Assembly (NCBI GenBank): GCA_964247055.1
Contig: OZ176054.1
Location: 7,254,001 to 7,318,000, forward strand
Length of the DNA: 64,000 bases
Direction of reading: 5' to 3'
From: Paragordius varius
Lineage: Eukaryota; Animalia; Nematomorpha
The notes under the pieces are model-generated. The model made no database searches and was not told the DNA's origin. It worked only from the letters and a program-made list of their open reading frames with translations. How positions within the stretch are numbered: the first letter of the stretch is position 1; each line of letters starts with the position of its first letter. The position numbers and the translations under genes were made by a program. Shown here one piece after another: positions 14,001 through 27,232 of the stretch.

Positions 14001-17000
14001 ATTTTGAATCAGGATTGTATGCCAATCTTAAAATTTATTATGGAAACGGGCATTCCACCATATATTATATACAGGGTGTTTTGTATCCTGTTTTAACTAA
14101 TTTGTTCAATCATCTTTACCTAAGAAATTACGGAAAATACGTTTTAGGTATGGCATTTACGTGTTAATAACCAATACTATATTCAAAATTTTTGAAAATT
14201 TAATTTTGGCCTAGTTGGCGTTTTCTTCATAAATATTTTATATTTACTATAGTTGAAGAAATTCAAATTATGGCATATAAAATTTTGGGTGGAATTTACA
14301 AAATGGGCAATATTTCACTGAATTTCATTAATTTACCAGCGCTTAATCTTGAAATGGAAAAGTAACTATATCATTTTGTATTTTTAAGTCATCGTCCATA
14401 CTTGGGGATATGTTTAGCAGCTTTTGCAAGCTGTTTTCCGGTTGCCTTCCTCGAACCCGTTTATAATAAATATAACTCTTATTCTGTGGTTGGGAAAATC
14501 CATGAACATTCCATAGAAGATCAAGGTAATATATTTTCAAAAATTACAATTATTATTAACCATTATATACAAGGTTTAATAATTAAAACCCTTGCACTAT
14601 TCGCAAAATAATCATTGGGCTATATGCAAAATAAAAGGCTAAACCCTAAGGCTAAATTGTATCATTTCCGATTCGGCAATATAAAAACAACCTTTTCGTG
14701 CTACACAGATAGTATAAAAATAATATTTGGATGTGAAAGAGTCTACTTAAATTATTTGTATTTGTATACAGGATTCAGATGAAATCATTGTTCTAATTTT
14801 TATTAGTTTTTCACAGTCTATCAAGGGCAAATCCTACATTTTTATTTTTGACGTCGTTTTTTCCGGGATTGCTCATCCAATTTTTATTACACCTATCATG
14901 GAACGAATCATAACCACATAATCCAATTTATTTAAGTTACACATTTTAAACCAGGGCTCTGAACCGGGAAAAACCAGACTGGGCTGGTTCCTGGACGGTT
15001 GTAACCTGAACCGGCTCGGTTTCTAAAATATAAAAAGGGAATGAGAAATCCTAAATTTTTGGAAGCGGGTTTCCTGACTTTTCATTAAAAGCATATAACA
15101 CTTTTATTATTATATAATTTAACACATCAATAATTATAAATTAAAACATAATTTTATAAAAATTTAATATTCATATGTAAAAGTACAAATATAAAAGTTT
15201 ATTTGTATCAATTATCGCATATATAGAGTAAATAATTACTTAACTTTAAAAATATGAATTTAACTTGGAAAATGTTTTCATTACGGATTGGCATTCCATT
15301 GAATCGGACACGGGAAAAAATCATCATATGATCAATTTCTATAAATATACTACTTTGGTCATTCCTTTGTGATGGGAAAGAAAAAAATGATGCACAAATT
15401 TAAATAATAATTTAAACAATAAATTTATTTTGTAAGAATAGAAACATATGGAAACTACTTATTTTGGAGGTGGAACCGGAAAGGACTGGTTGGACGGTTT
15501 AAACCGGAACCGGGGTTGTTCGTGAGGAAGTGGGACCGGAACGGTTGGTTCCAATCCAACGGGATCGGTTGCTGCTAAGATCATAGGAACCGGGTTCCGT
15601 TCCGTTTGAGGCCCTGTTTTAAACAATTAAATTATTACTTATCATACTGTGTGTTTTTCCACAATTTTTAAAAATGTAACTAATAACAGAGAATCTCATA
15701 CATGGCAACAAACATGTAAATTAAATCCCTTTAAGCCGATTAAAAATCGAATGGCCAATAATGGGTCACTTAACTATATTGCCCAAGGTTATTTGAATTT
15801 AATGTAAATGTTTTATTCTGCCTTCTAATTTACGTTTAGAAATTATTGCTAAAATATCACAAGAAATACCTACATTATCCACATTAATCCGATTACTCAA
15901 GGATTTTATGGTGAAGGGGTCAAATTATGAGGATAGTCCCGATGTAATAGATGTCTTATTTCCACTACTCAGCAGTTATATTAATACTTGGGTTTCCAAC
16001 ATAAATAAGCATCGAAGATCAACAACCAAGTAAAATAGCGAACCTTAAATTTTAGAGTAACTGCAATATCCTTAGAAGAAGTTAATGTTACTGTCCAAAC
16101 CATCTTGCGTATTTTGGAAAAAAACTTGGGACGAGAATCGGCTCCATGGATGTTAAAAATTTCACGTATCCTGCTACCCATATTTTAATTTTTAAATATA
16201 TACATGTTATTATATTTAAATATTATTTTGTCCATTAGCTCTTATAAATCCCATTGTGAATCATTCAACTGTCAGTCTGGGTCAAATTTTTGTCAATATT
16301 TTGACAAAAATGAGTGATCACGCCCAATTATTGAATTCTATTGATTATCGGATTAAACACGAAAATATTGATGATGAGGAAGCAACCGAATATGAAGAAT
16401 ATTTACATGAAGTTTAATTACATAAAGCTAAAAAATGATTTACTTTTTATAAAAACCATGATAAATGCCGGCAAAAGACACGCTAAAAGATAATGTTCAC
16501 ATTAGAAACAATCAAAATCATTTTTGATTCCAGTTTAAATTATGATTCAGAGAATTCTTTTCAATTTGACGGTTCCATTGTTATTAAGTCTGTTTTCTTA
16601 TTTGAGAGTGAATAAATATATAACACCAAAATTAGTTTGAATAATTTGAAAACTTTTATTTATAAAAATAGAAACCGATTTATAAATATGGTTGACGTAT
16701 TTAAAATTGAAAATATGTAAAAAATAATAAACCGCGGAACGCTTTTCGGCTGCAACGGTAAATAAAATATCTCGGGTGCGGCTTTACAATAACGGTTCCG
16801 GTGTCAATCCTAGAATATTTTTTAGTAGATATTCATAATTAAACAATATATTTATAAAAATTGCGTTTTAGGATTACATGATTTTGCTACGTGATATTTA
16901 CTCTTTATATCCTATCTTGATGACATATATTGATATGTATCGCGGGTCATGGCTTCAAAAGAGTAACAATAATGCAATCGCAATGTATGATCTGACAGCC

Positions 17001-20000
17001 CAAATATTTAAACAATGGGTGAATTCTCCAGTATTGTGATGCCATTTATATTTGTAGACTTTCAAACGATTGGAACACACATTTTTGATTAAGTTATATA
17101 CCGATAAACACGCTATAAGACCCAAACATGAAAAACGGAAGAAAAAAGTATTTTTACAACTACATTATTAAAAGAATTTTATATTAGGGAAAATATTTCA
17201 ATTGAATTTACGTTAAAATTCAGGAATTGCAGATAACCAATTCATTTACTTCACCCAAAGTCTTTGCTGTCTTTTTTAAAATTATGTAAAGGTCTTATTA
17301 ATCAAACCCTATTTTTAAATATCGTAAAACAACGTAAAAATATACAATCTATTGTTGGTTTTACGACGATTTCCACATCGTTTATATTACAAACACACGT
17401 CGTTACCCATTCATCCCTTTTTAATTATTGTTGTCCAGTAGTAGTCACCAAAAAATTGATGGCGTATAACCGACAAATATTCCATAGAGGTGTTTGACTT
17501 ATTTTTAAATATTTATATTTTAAATAACGTTAAATAATTAGAAGGACAATTTAAGGCCATAAAAAGCACTTTTGCTGCATGTGGCCTTTGGGCTGCAGTT
17601 TGAGTATCACCGAATAATCGATGGAAAAAAAGGCGAATACCATTAGCTATTTTATAAAATCCTCGAATAAAAGTGTTGGAAACTCTTTCTCTAATTATAA
17701 CATTTTTATCACAAAAAATAAATAATTTGTTTATTAATATATCATATGATAATATAAATTATAATTTTTTTCAGGAATATCCTTTATGCTAATAATAGTG
17801 TCCATAATATTATATTTATAACGATTTCGGCTATACTTATTTATCGCAAACGTTTTATGTTTATATTTGAAATATAAATTAAAGATAACTTCATTTTAGT
17901 TATTTTTCGTACAAATGGCTAAGGAAAGTACTAAACCTATATAACTTTAATATTATGCTTTAGGATACAAATGATGGGCAAAAGATTGCGTCGCCAGAGT
18001 TTAATCACCACTCTCCTACGTATAGTGTCTGAGTTCTAATTGTCGAACATTTTAGTTTATTTATTAGGGGCGTTTTAATTTGTTAACGGTCCCAATTAAT
18101 CGCAGCTAAATAACTGGTAGAGTTGTAATTGGTGATTTTACCATATTATTACTTATCTTAGGGTAAGCATGAAATCCAGCAAAGCCAAAGTCTCATTGTC
18201 GCATCCATCAAAAGAACTATCCCTATCGGTTTAAATACGTTTGAAGGTAAAGATCAGGAGTTGATACAAAAAGCAAAGGATAAATTACTTGAAGTAAAGC
18301 AGTTATTATATAATGAATAGAATATAACAGAAGATAGTGTTAAAGATTGGATAACGAACTATTTGGACACTCAAAAATCCATTACTATAAAGGTTTAGTT
18401 AACTATATAACTTTTAGCCAAAAATACATGATTGGCAGTCGATGTTATATAGTGAAATTGGGAAAGAGTCATTTAACGATAACACAGATGTCGATGATTT
18501 TGATGAAGATTTTATCAATGAACATGCCAAAAAAATATTTAACATTGCATACATTTTGGCTCAATTGCACAAGGTAGAGCACCCTTCATCAAGCCACAAG
18601 CTTTCATGGCAAAAATTATTATCATCCCCAAGGAAAAAGGCAGTGGTAGCATGTTTCAGAATGGTTCCTCTGTATTCGTTACCACGGTATACTGTTTATT
18701 ATGCAAATTTTATGATTGATTCTAATAATAATTTGAGTTTTTTGTGAGCTAATCAATCGTTCTATAACTCCAATCATGTAGAGAATAAAATATAATTTAG
18801 AAAACCGCATTTGCGGCTATAACAAATAAGTTTTTACAAACTGAAAAATAGTGCAAAAAATTTATAAGTTCCAAGCAAAAATTTCTATTGCAGAATTATT
18901 TGAAAATTTGTGATGTTTGTATAGCTATATCTTTTCACCAAGGTTAATCCAACTAAGAATCATAAAATTATGGTTGAAGATTAAATATTGAAATAAGAAT
19001 TCATTTGTATATATAATAGGCACAAAGTTATCAACATATTTTTGCAAGTTTTTAACAAATTTTGGTGGATGGATGTTGACTCACATGAGGAGCGTCTCAT
19101 TCAAGATTTGCAAGTACAAATAATATATTTATTTTTATCAGAAAATTATGGTCAGCATATTTTATATATAAAAATTATATATAGTGCATTAGTTATGTGA
19201 AAAAAGCGGATAGTCATGCAGGTGTTGAAGACTTTTCCCTAATAACCTCAACTATACATCGATTAGAAGAACGAAAAATTATAGAGTCTTTCAAGGCCGC
19301 TGTAATTTTACCCATGAATCCGGCGGATCACAATATAATTACACCCGATGAAATAGATCGGCCCACTAATGATATGGTTATATCCACCATTCCAACTGCC
19401 GGTGGAGTATTTGCTATGGACGTTGATGAAGCATTGTTAAATCTTCTTTCTAATCATTGTGACAAACGAAAATTTAATTCGTTATCACATTTAATCAAAT
19501 ATTTTTATGAAAGTGTATCGCTAAAAACATCCGATGTTATGGCCTACATGCACATAAACAAACAAGGTAATACGATTTTACCACATTGTAATAACTTTTG
19601 ATGTTTTTTTGTAAACTGTTGAAGATTACATGATATAACAGTAAATTTAACAAAGTAATTTATAATTTTGGTTGATTTGCTTTTAAACAGTGTGGAATAT
19701 TAAAATATCTTTTAAGATATTACTTAGTTTATAAAACATTAGTCCCATTACAAAGGCAATATTGTTTTATATAACACGGTGCGTAGCAAAAAATAAACGA
19801 CAATGTATATCATATATCATTCGATAGCTAAAAACTTTAGGATAAGGAATATCATATATGCGGTTATACTAGAAAAAAAGTTATTTTAATTCTTTTTTAT
19901 TAGCCAAAATCAAAAAGCATTCTTGTGGGATAATTATAAACGAAATAGATTTATGGGACAACAAAAATGGGAAATGTTTTTATGAATGCTAAAACAAAGA

Positions 20001-23000
20001 AAAGTTGCTACTACTCAAGCGATCCAACTATTTTTGACACATGATAAAACCTGGAAGAAGGGAAAGGAATAAAATATTATAAATTCCTTCAGCATATAGT
20101 CTAGAATTAAATAAACCAGAGAATAACTTAGAACTCAATGGAATAATATTATAATTCTAGACACAGCACAAAAATATTTCCAAAAGAAAAACATCATGGA
20201 AAAAATGGTTATTAGAATACTGTCTAAAAATAATTGATGAAAGAAGAAGTCAGAATAAAGGGGAAATAGATATAATTAAATAATTAATTCCAAACTCCAG
20301 AGACAGGAAAAGAAGGATCTGAAAAAATACTGGAATGAGCAATACACACTAATTGAAAAATCTAGAGGTCTATGATTCCAAACTATCAGAGGGATAACAC
20401 ATCAATACCACCCCAACATTAAAATTAAGGACGATAAAAAAGATCATGACGACGGAAATAGAAATTAAGGAAAGATGGTAAAGTTACACCCAACAACTAT
20501 ATAGTGCGCACCCAGGTGCATACGATAGCAAATATATGGAAATGAGGATGAAGCAGAGTTGGCAAAAGATGTGAAATTGAGACTAATAAGGAAAGCCTCT
20601 GGAAAGGATAGTATTCCCTTGGAATTGATAAAAGATATACCGATATCAGTTATTCATATATTGTGTCAGCAAGTATGGGAGTCAGGCACTGTTTATCCCA
20701 GTTTATAGGGAAAATAAATAAAAATATAGAAACATAGGATTGAACTTCAATCCTAAGAAAACCAAAATTATGAGTTTATCAAAAAATAAACCTAATTTAA
20801 TGATAGAGGACACCCCAGTAGAATTAGTAAATGCAATCTTGCCCGATAGTACACGCCGTATAGCAAAAGGAAAGTCAGCTACGAACAAGTTGACTACATT
20901 ATGGGAAAGTGGGATCTCCTTATGAAAACTGAAGTGAGATTAATAAAATGGATGGTTTTTTTGGTAGCGACATACGCTGCATACATTAATATTGATAAAA
21001 AATGATTGCGGCATTTTAAGGTGGTCTGACAAGGTTAAGAATGAATCATACCAAGATTAAATACTGAGAGTAACTAAACGGGAACAATAATAAGAAAACT
21101 TACCATAGTGCACATAAAAAGTACATCCTTTGAGAAGGATTCGATTTTTAGGAAATTTGAAAGGAAAAGGAAAAAAGGGACCAATATTAGGATGGCTGGA
21201 CATTGTTAAATTTGGTAGATGAATAAGTGAATTAAATGATGGGAAAAGGGCAAGTGGGAACTTGTTTTAATTTCCAAGGGGTCGAATTCAACCTAAGGAA
21301 GTACTTACCTACCTAAGCAGAGTTTAATTAAAAGAGAATTAAATTGAAACTAGTTTCGTGCTTGTTTCCACTCAAAAGTATGATACAACTATATGTCTTA
21401 GCATTTTCACATAATATCCAATTTTGAAATGATTAAGCACGAAACTGGTCTGCAATTACTATTGACGAATACACATATTAAATAGTATCAGTGTAATTCT
21501 CTTCTGTTATTTTCGTGAATCTTACTGTTAGATAACGGATTTTCAAGCGTTTATACATAATATTATCTCCGTAAATAACCATATTCTAAATGTGTTAAGA
21601 AAAAAATTGTTATCTCGAATCGAAAAAAATGGACCAAATTAGAAAGTAAACTAAACTAAAACCCATAATACTTTATCAATTATTTTTTAATTTTCAATGT
21701 AAATAAAATAATCTAGGAAATCTTACATTTGTTTCCAACATTGAAAACACAAATCCAATCGATCTGTATGGACTTTATTGTGTGCTAATGGCCAAAAGCT
21801 GCGGTGGTCCCGAAGAAGACGAAGAGGATGATAAAAAGACTGAGATGTTACGTTTTAAGCGGACGCCCAATCCACTTGAACAATGGGATGTTGAACAGGA
21901 GGGTACGACATTAATTAAAATATTTTTACTCTACGCTATCTCATAAATAAAACACTTTTTATATCCAGCAATATTTTGTACTCTACGCTATCTCATAAAT
22001 AAAACACTTTTTATATCCAGCAATATTTTGTTTCCATGAAATTGAGTTTACACTGTTCCCTTTTTTTTTGAAATATAAATTTATAATTATTCTCCCCAAA
22101 ATATTGTAAAAATGTAGAAAGTCAGGAAGAAATGGAAAAAGAAGATGATGAAAGCTTGAGAGAACCGTCTGAGGAAAAGTATCAAGTATATATACCTGAC
22201 ACATTAATTATAATCGTTATTTTTTATCAGTTATTCACAATATAATTCTGATTTAAATTTAGTGAAATTTTTTTCACCAAACACTAGTAAAAATGCCTTT
22301 ATTGCAAGAGACCTTCTGTGTCTTGGATATCATTTAAATATTTCTGTGGGTGGATTTCTAAAATTTGTTAGTAAAAAGATCTCAATACTGATTGTAAGAA
22401 TTTTTGTGATTTCATTTACCCAAATAATTTTAAGGTTATGAGAATGGTTTTATAAACATAAAATATTTATTTTACAATAAAGGACCAAGAAGCTGAAAGA
22501 TTAAAGCTTATATCAGAACAAATGATTTTAGCAGAATGCGGTGTGGCGGAACTTATTTTGTTATATATAGGATGTTCAAAAGGAATAGCTAGGTACATTT
22601 TTTCATCTCATGGTTAAAGTGACAAAATCCAAAAGACCCTTAACATGGGAATATCAATTTTGAAAGGTGGAAACACTGAAATTCAGAAACGCATGTTACA
22701 TTATTTGGAATACAAAAAATATGTCGATTTTTTCACCGCAGGTAATTGTTAACAAAAAATATTTTAATAAATACATATAATATACAGTTTAGATCTTTTT
22801 TCCTTTTTTTTATTAAAGGGTAAGGACTTTGGATATAGTAGGTAGGGCGCCGGACTCTCACACCGCGTGCCTGGAACCCCGGAACTACGCAATTTTTCCA
22901 TCATCACTGTCAGCCCTGGGCAGAAGAGTGTTAAAGCCTTCAAAAGTCCGGATACAATTAAAAAATACATATCACAAACTTATTTAATGCATCATTTAGC

Positions 23001-26000
23001 TGCTGCTCTCATTTCCCAAGCATCCGTATTAAACTTGGAAGGGTTTGAAAGAAACCTTAAGGCCGAATCTCTCGGTGTTAATTTGGCCGATTCAATCGCC
23101 GGAAAAAATATGGATGATTATGAATTAACTAAAGCCCTATTCCGTTTTATTCAACTTTTGTGTGAGGGTCATAATTTAGATTTTCAAAATTATTTGCGTA
23201 ACCAGGTTGGCAACACAACATCGGTACATTTTATCCAATATACTATCCCATTTTTTTATATAAAATTTGATTTTATACATATATATATATAAACCATTTA
23301 CGCTTCAATACACCTTTAAACACTTCAAATTAACCACTGGATATTTCATCATTCCAGAAAATATCGAATTCACCCTTCATTTTAAATTTGCTCTTGTATA
23401 ATTTTAATTGACATTCATTTTCATTTCCCCCTCACACATATCTGATTTAACCCAAAATTTAAAATGTGTAATATAGCAGCACATAGTTGTTTTTGGAATA
23501 GTTTACCATATTTCCTATTTTCTTAATTATAGATTAACATTGTAATATGTACCGTGGATTATTTACTTCGATTACAAGAGTCTATTATGGATTTCTACTG
23601 GCATTATTCAAGTAGATCAGATATTGATCATTTGGGAGTCATGTTATTTGTCAGAGGGATAGAAGTTGCTCGTCAAGTAATATATTTTTTATAATTACAC
23701 ATATATAAAAAAACTAAATATTGTCAATATATTTGTCATTTTAGGTTTTTAACACCCTAACTGAAATGATTCAAGGCCCCTGTCTCCAGAATCAACTTGC
23801 TTTAGCACATAGCAGATTATGGGACGCTATAAGTGGTTTCTTTTTCCTATTCACTAATATGCAAACAAAATTATCAAAAGTAATATAATAATTGGTAATG
23901 TGTTAGGATATAAATCAAACTGATTTGTTAAAAGAATTTCTGGAACTGCAAAAAGACATGATAATAATGATGTTATCCATTTTAGAAGGTAGTTTTTTTT
24001 ATAAAAAAATAAATTAAATATTAGGTAACGTACTAAATGGTACCATTGGTAAACAAATGGTTGAAACATTGATGGAATCATCCCAAAATTTGGAAAACAT
24101 TCTTAAATATTTTGATTTATTTTTGAAATTTTCTACGACGGCCGAAAGCCCAATGTTTTTGGTACATTGTTGTTATCTATATTATGTAGGATTATGATCC
24201 TAAAAAATCAGGGTTTATATACCCTAAAGATTTTCAACGCATTTTGGACAGCCAAAAATTATATAATCAGTAAATTAATTATGAATAATAAATTTATCTT
24301 AAGGGATGAAATTGAATTTTTAATCAACTCTTGTGCAGCAAACAAGGAAGGTAAAATCGATTATGCCTCGATAATTGAACGATTCGAAGAACCATCCAAA
24401 GATATTGGGTTTAATTTAGCCGTTCTCCTTACTAACCTACAAGAACATGTTACTAATGAACCAAGATTCACTAAATTTTTGGTTGTTGCCGAAAGTTTCT
24501 TAAAACATTTTGAATCTTATCTTGGGAGAATAGAAATCATGGGTTTTTTTATAAAATACATCCAATATAAATACGATGCTTATCATAATGCAACAAAATT
24601 TTATCTTTATAGGGAGTAACAATAGGATAGAAAGAGTATATTTCGAAATCACTCAATCTCATATTGATCAATGGGAAAAACCGCAAATAAAAGTTACAAT
24701 CCAAAAAATAATATTAGGAATCTAAAAGAGCGTTTCTCCATAGCCTGGTAAACGAAGGTGGTGACAAAGGAAAGTTAGAATCATTCGTCAATTTTTGTGA
24801 GGACACAATTTTTGAAGTATATATATATATATTCATGTTTAAACTATATTTTTAGATGAAACACGCATCTAATATAAGTAAACCCGAAATAGAAATGAAT
24901 ATTCGTGCTGCACAAACCGATATAAACCCTACTATATTGGAACAGATACGGTAATTAAAAATAATCAATTTCAAAATTTATTAAAATACCCAGCAACACA
25001 AGTGGATTTTTAATAAATGGCTGTTTATTACACGGTGCACACAAAAAATGTTTAAAAATCACATGTAATGTGATATAGAAGTTTCATGATAAATATAGAA
25101 AGAAAAGTTATTTTTCTGCTATTATACGAAAACCATAAATCATAATTTTTATAAATCAAATAAAACAATAGGGGGGAACGCGTCCTCTAAATTTTAATTT
25201 TCCTCAATTTCTATGTTTAAAAGACTCAAAAAAATAACGCTAAAAATTACCATTTGGTGCCGAGTTACAAAAAATGAAAACATACAGTAAAGGATTTCAA
25301 TTTTAATATTTTTCGCTAAAAGGTAGATTACCGAAATTGCTTTACCTTATATTAAACTTTAATTTGTAAGAGATAGAATGTCTATCTTTATGGATAATGA
25401 TATTAAATATTAAATGATTTAAATCAAAATTAATATATATTACAGCATTAGTACAAATTTATTTAGTTCCTCAATCATTATTTTTATGCGATCCAGTTTA
25501 TGAATAAGATCATAAAATTCGAAACATTGCATTATCTTTTCGATTACTGAAGTTTTCGATCATCTTAAATTAATTTATTTACCGCGTGTAAATGGTTTTG
25601 TATCAATATAATATTCTGGACGGATAAGATAAATAGTACTTAAACATATATTTTTCAACTCATTATTGCACTTTTAGAAAGCGCTATCTCAAAAATAATA
25701 TTAATATTTTAAAGGTATAAAAATAAATATTTCTATTATTTTACCTTTTAGGAGTCCCAAAAATTTAGCAAACTTAGTGGTTTCCAATGCTACGAAATTT
25801 GTAAATACTCACGATTTCAAATCAAATATCCAATCATTCAAAAGGCATTATCGAAAATATAACCTATTAACATTTAAACAAAAGCTTAAGATGATCCTAT
25901 CTTTTATTTGGATGTTTATAGTTTCGGTTTATTTCTACTCAATCTGGTGTATCAGGTTTGTGTATTCCTTTATTTAACTCATGAATATTGACCGTGTCTA

Positions 26001-27176
26001 TAAAATAGTTAAATGAGATATGAAAAGCTGTATATTTGGTAAAATATATTTCTAATTCTCTAATAATGTGCTAAATATATAAAGAATTAATTGTTTTTCC
26101 AACCGCGTTTAAATAATTAGATAATAATGAAATTAAGGTTAAAGTACAAGTATACTTTTCTATTAATATCTGAATATATTGCAGTTAAAGGACCCTCTTA
26201 TGCGCGTCCAAAAATAATTTTTAATTATAAAGCTTTTGGTGTAAAAAGTTTAAGATTATTAATTTCTTGCGCGATTTAAATTCAGACTTCATATATTGCA
26301 TTTCGATACTTAATTCTAAGAGAACAATTTTGATACATACTGTTGACATATATGCGAATTATGCACTAGATTGAATACATCTGTTCAATTCTTTTAGATT
26401 TTTGTATAATTTCATATGGGTAATGAGCAAAGGTTACGATTATATAACCGAAGATAAAAATAAGGAGGATACTAATACACTAAGATATCAGATAATGAAC
26501 TCCCTAAAAAAACCAAAAAAAGTTACCAAGCAAAAACCAAAATGGGATTTTATGGAGGAAGCAGACGCGACAACACCTTCATCTATATTTGGTATAGAAT
26601 TGGCCAATAGAATGGATCAAGAACGGTATACAAAACATTTATTTGGGGAAATACCCTTTTATAACACAATAATAATCTTAATTAACGTTTCTAATCGAAT
26701 TTTAGATAACTTCCGGATTTCGATTTATATAACAGCTGATTTTTTCAAAAGTTATAATTGTATAATTTAATGTTTATAAGGTAGCATAAATTTATTTCAG
26801 ATAGAAAACAAAAATAGCGACAAAAACTTAATATATGGGTATTTTAATTTTTTTCTTATTTTAGTCTTAAAAGACTTAGAATACATATTTTTAAAATATA
26901 CCCCCAAAAATTGATAGTGTTTTTTAGGGCTGCGGTAAAAATTACCCTAGATGAAATTAATTTAAAAAAATCTATATTAAATATTTTCTAACCTATTGTA
27001 AATAAAATCAAAGGATGTCTCTACCATCATCTCAACTTGAAGATGAATTGGATTTGGAGAAATTGGATGATTCGATTAAACCATCATATTCCTTCATAAA
27101 TCCAATGAGTGCACAGGTATTATATTCATTAATTAAAGCTTTTTTTAATTAGCAATTTTTTGATGCTTTTAGCAAA

Positions 27177-27232
<56 letters not shown>

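Noticed and set aside
16166-16238. Possible U12-type (minor) intron, donor GTATCCTG
   Set aside because: The donor deviates from RTATCCTTT and there is no TCCTTAAC-like branch point near the acceptor; treated as a U2 intron.
22846-22959. GC-rich core as a ribozyme or snoRNA (hammerhead, twister, HDV-like, C/D box)
   Set aside because: No complete catalytic core on either strand (CTGACAG rather than CTGANGA; TGATGA without a positioned D box). The inverted termini and TA flanks explain it better as a MITE.
25678-25714. 37-nt AG/GT-bounded candidate RyR exon
   Set aside because: The flanking exons (ending 24950, starting 25752) already join in phase 2; inclusion would shift the frame. Probably chance splice-like dinucleotides.
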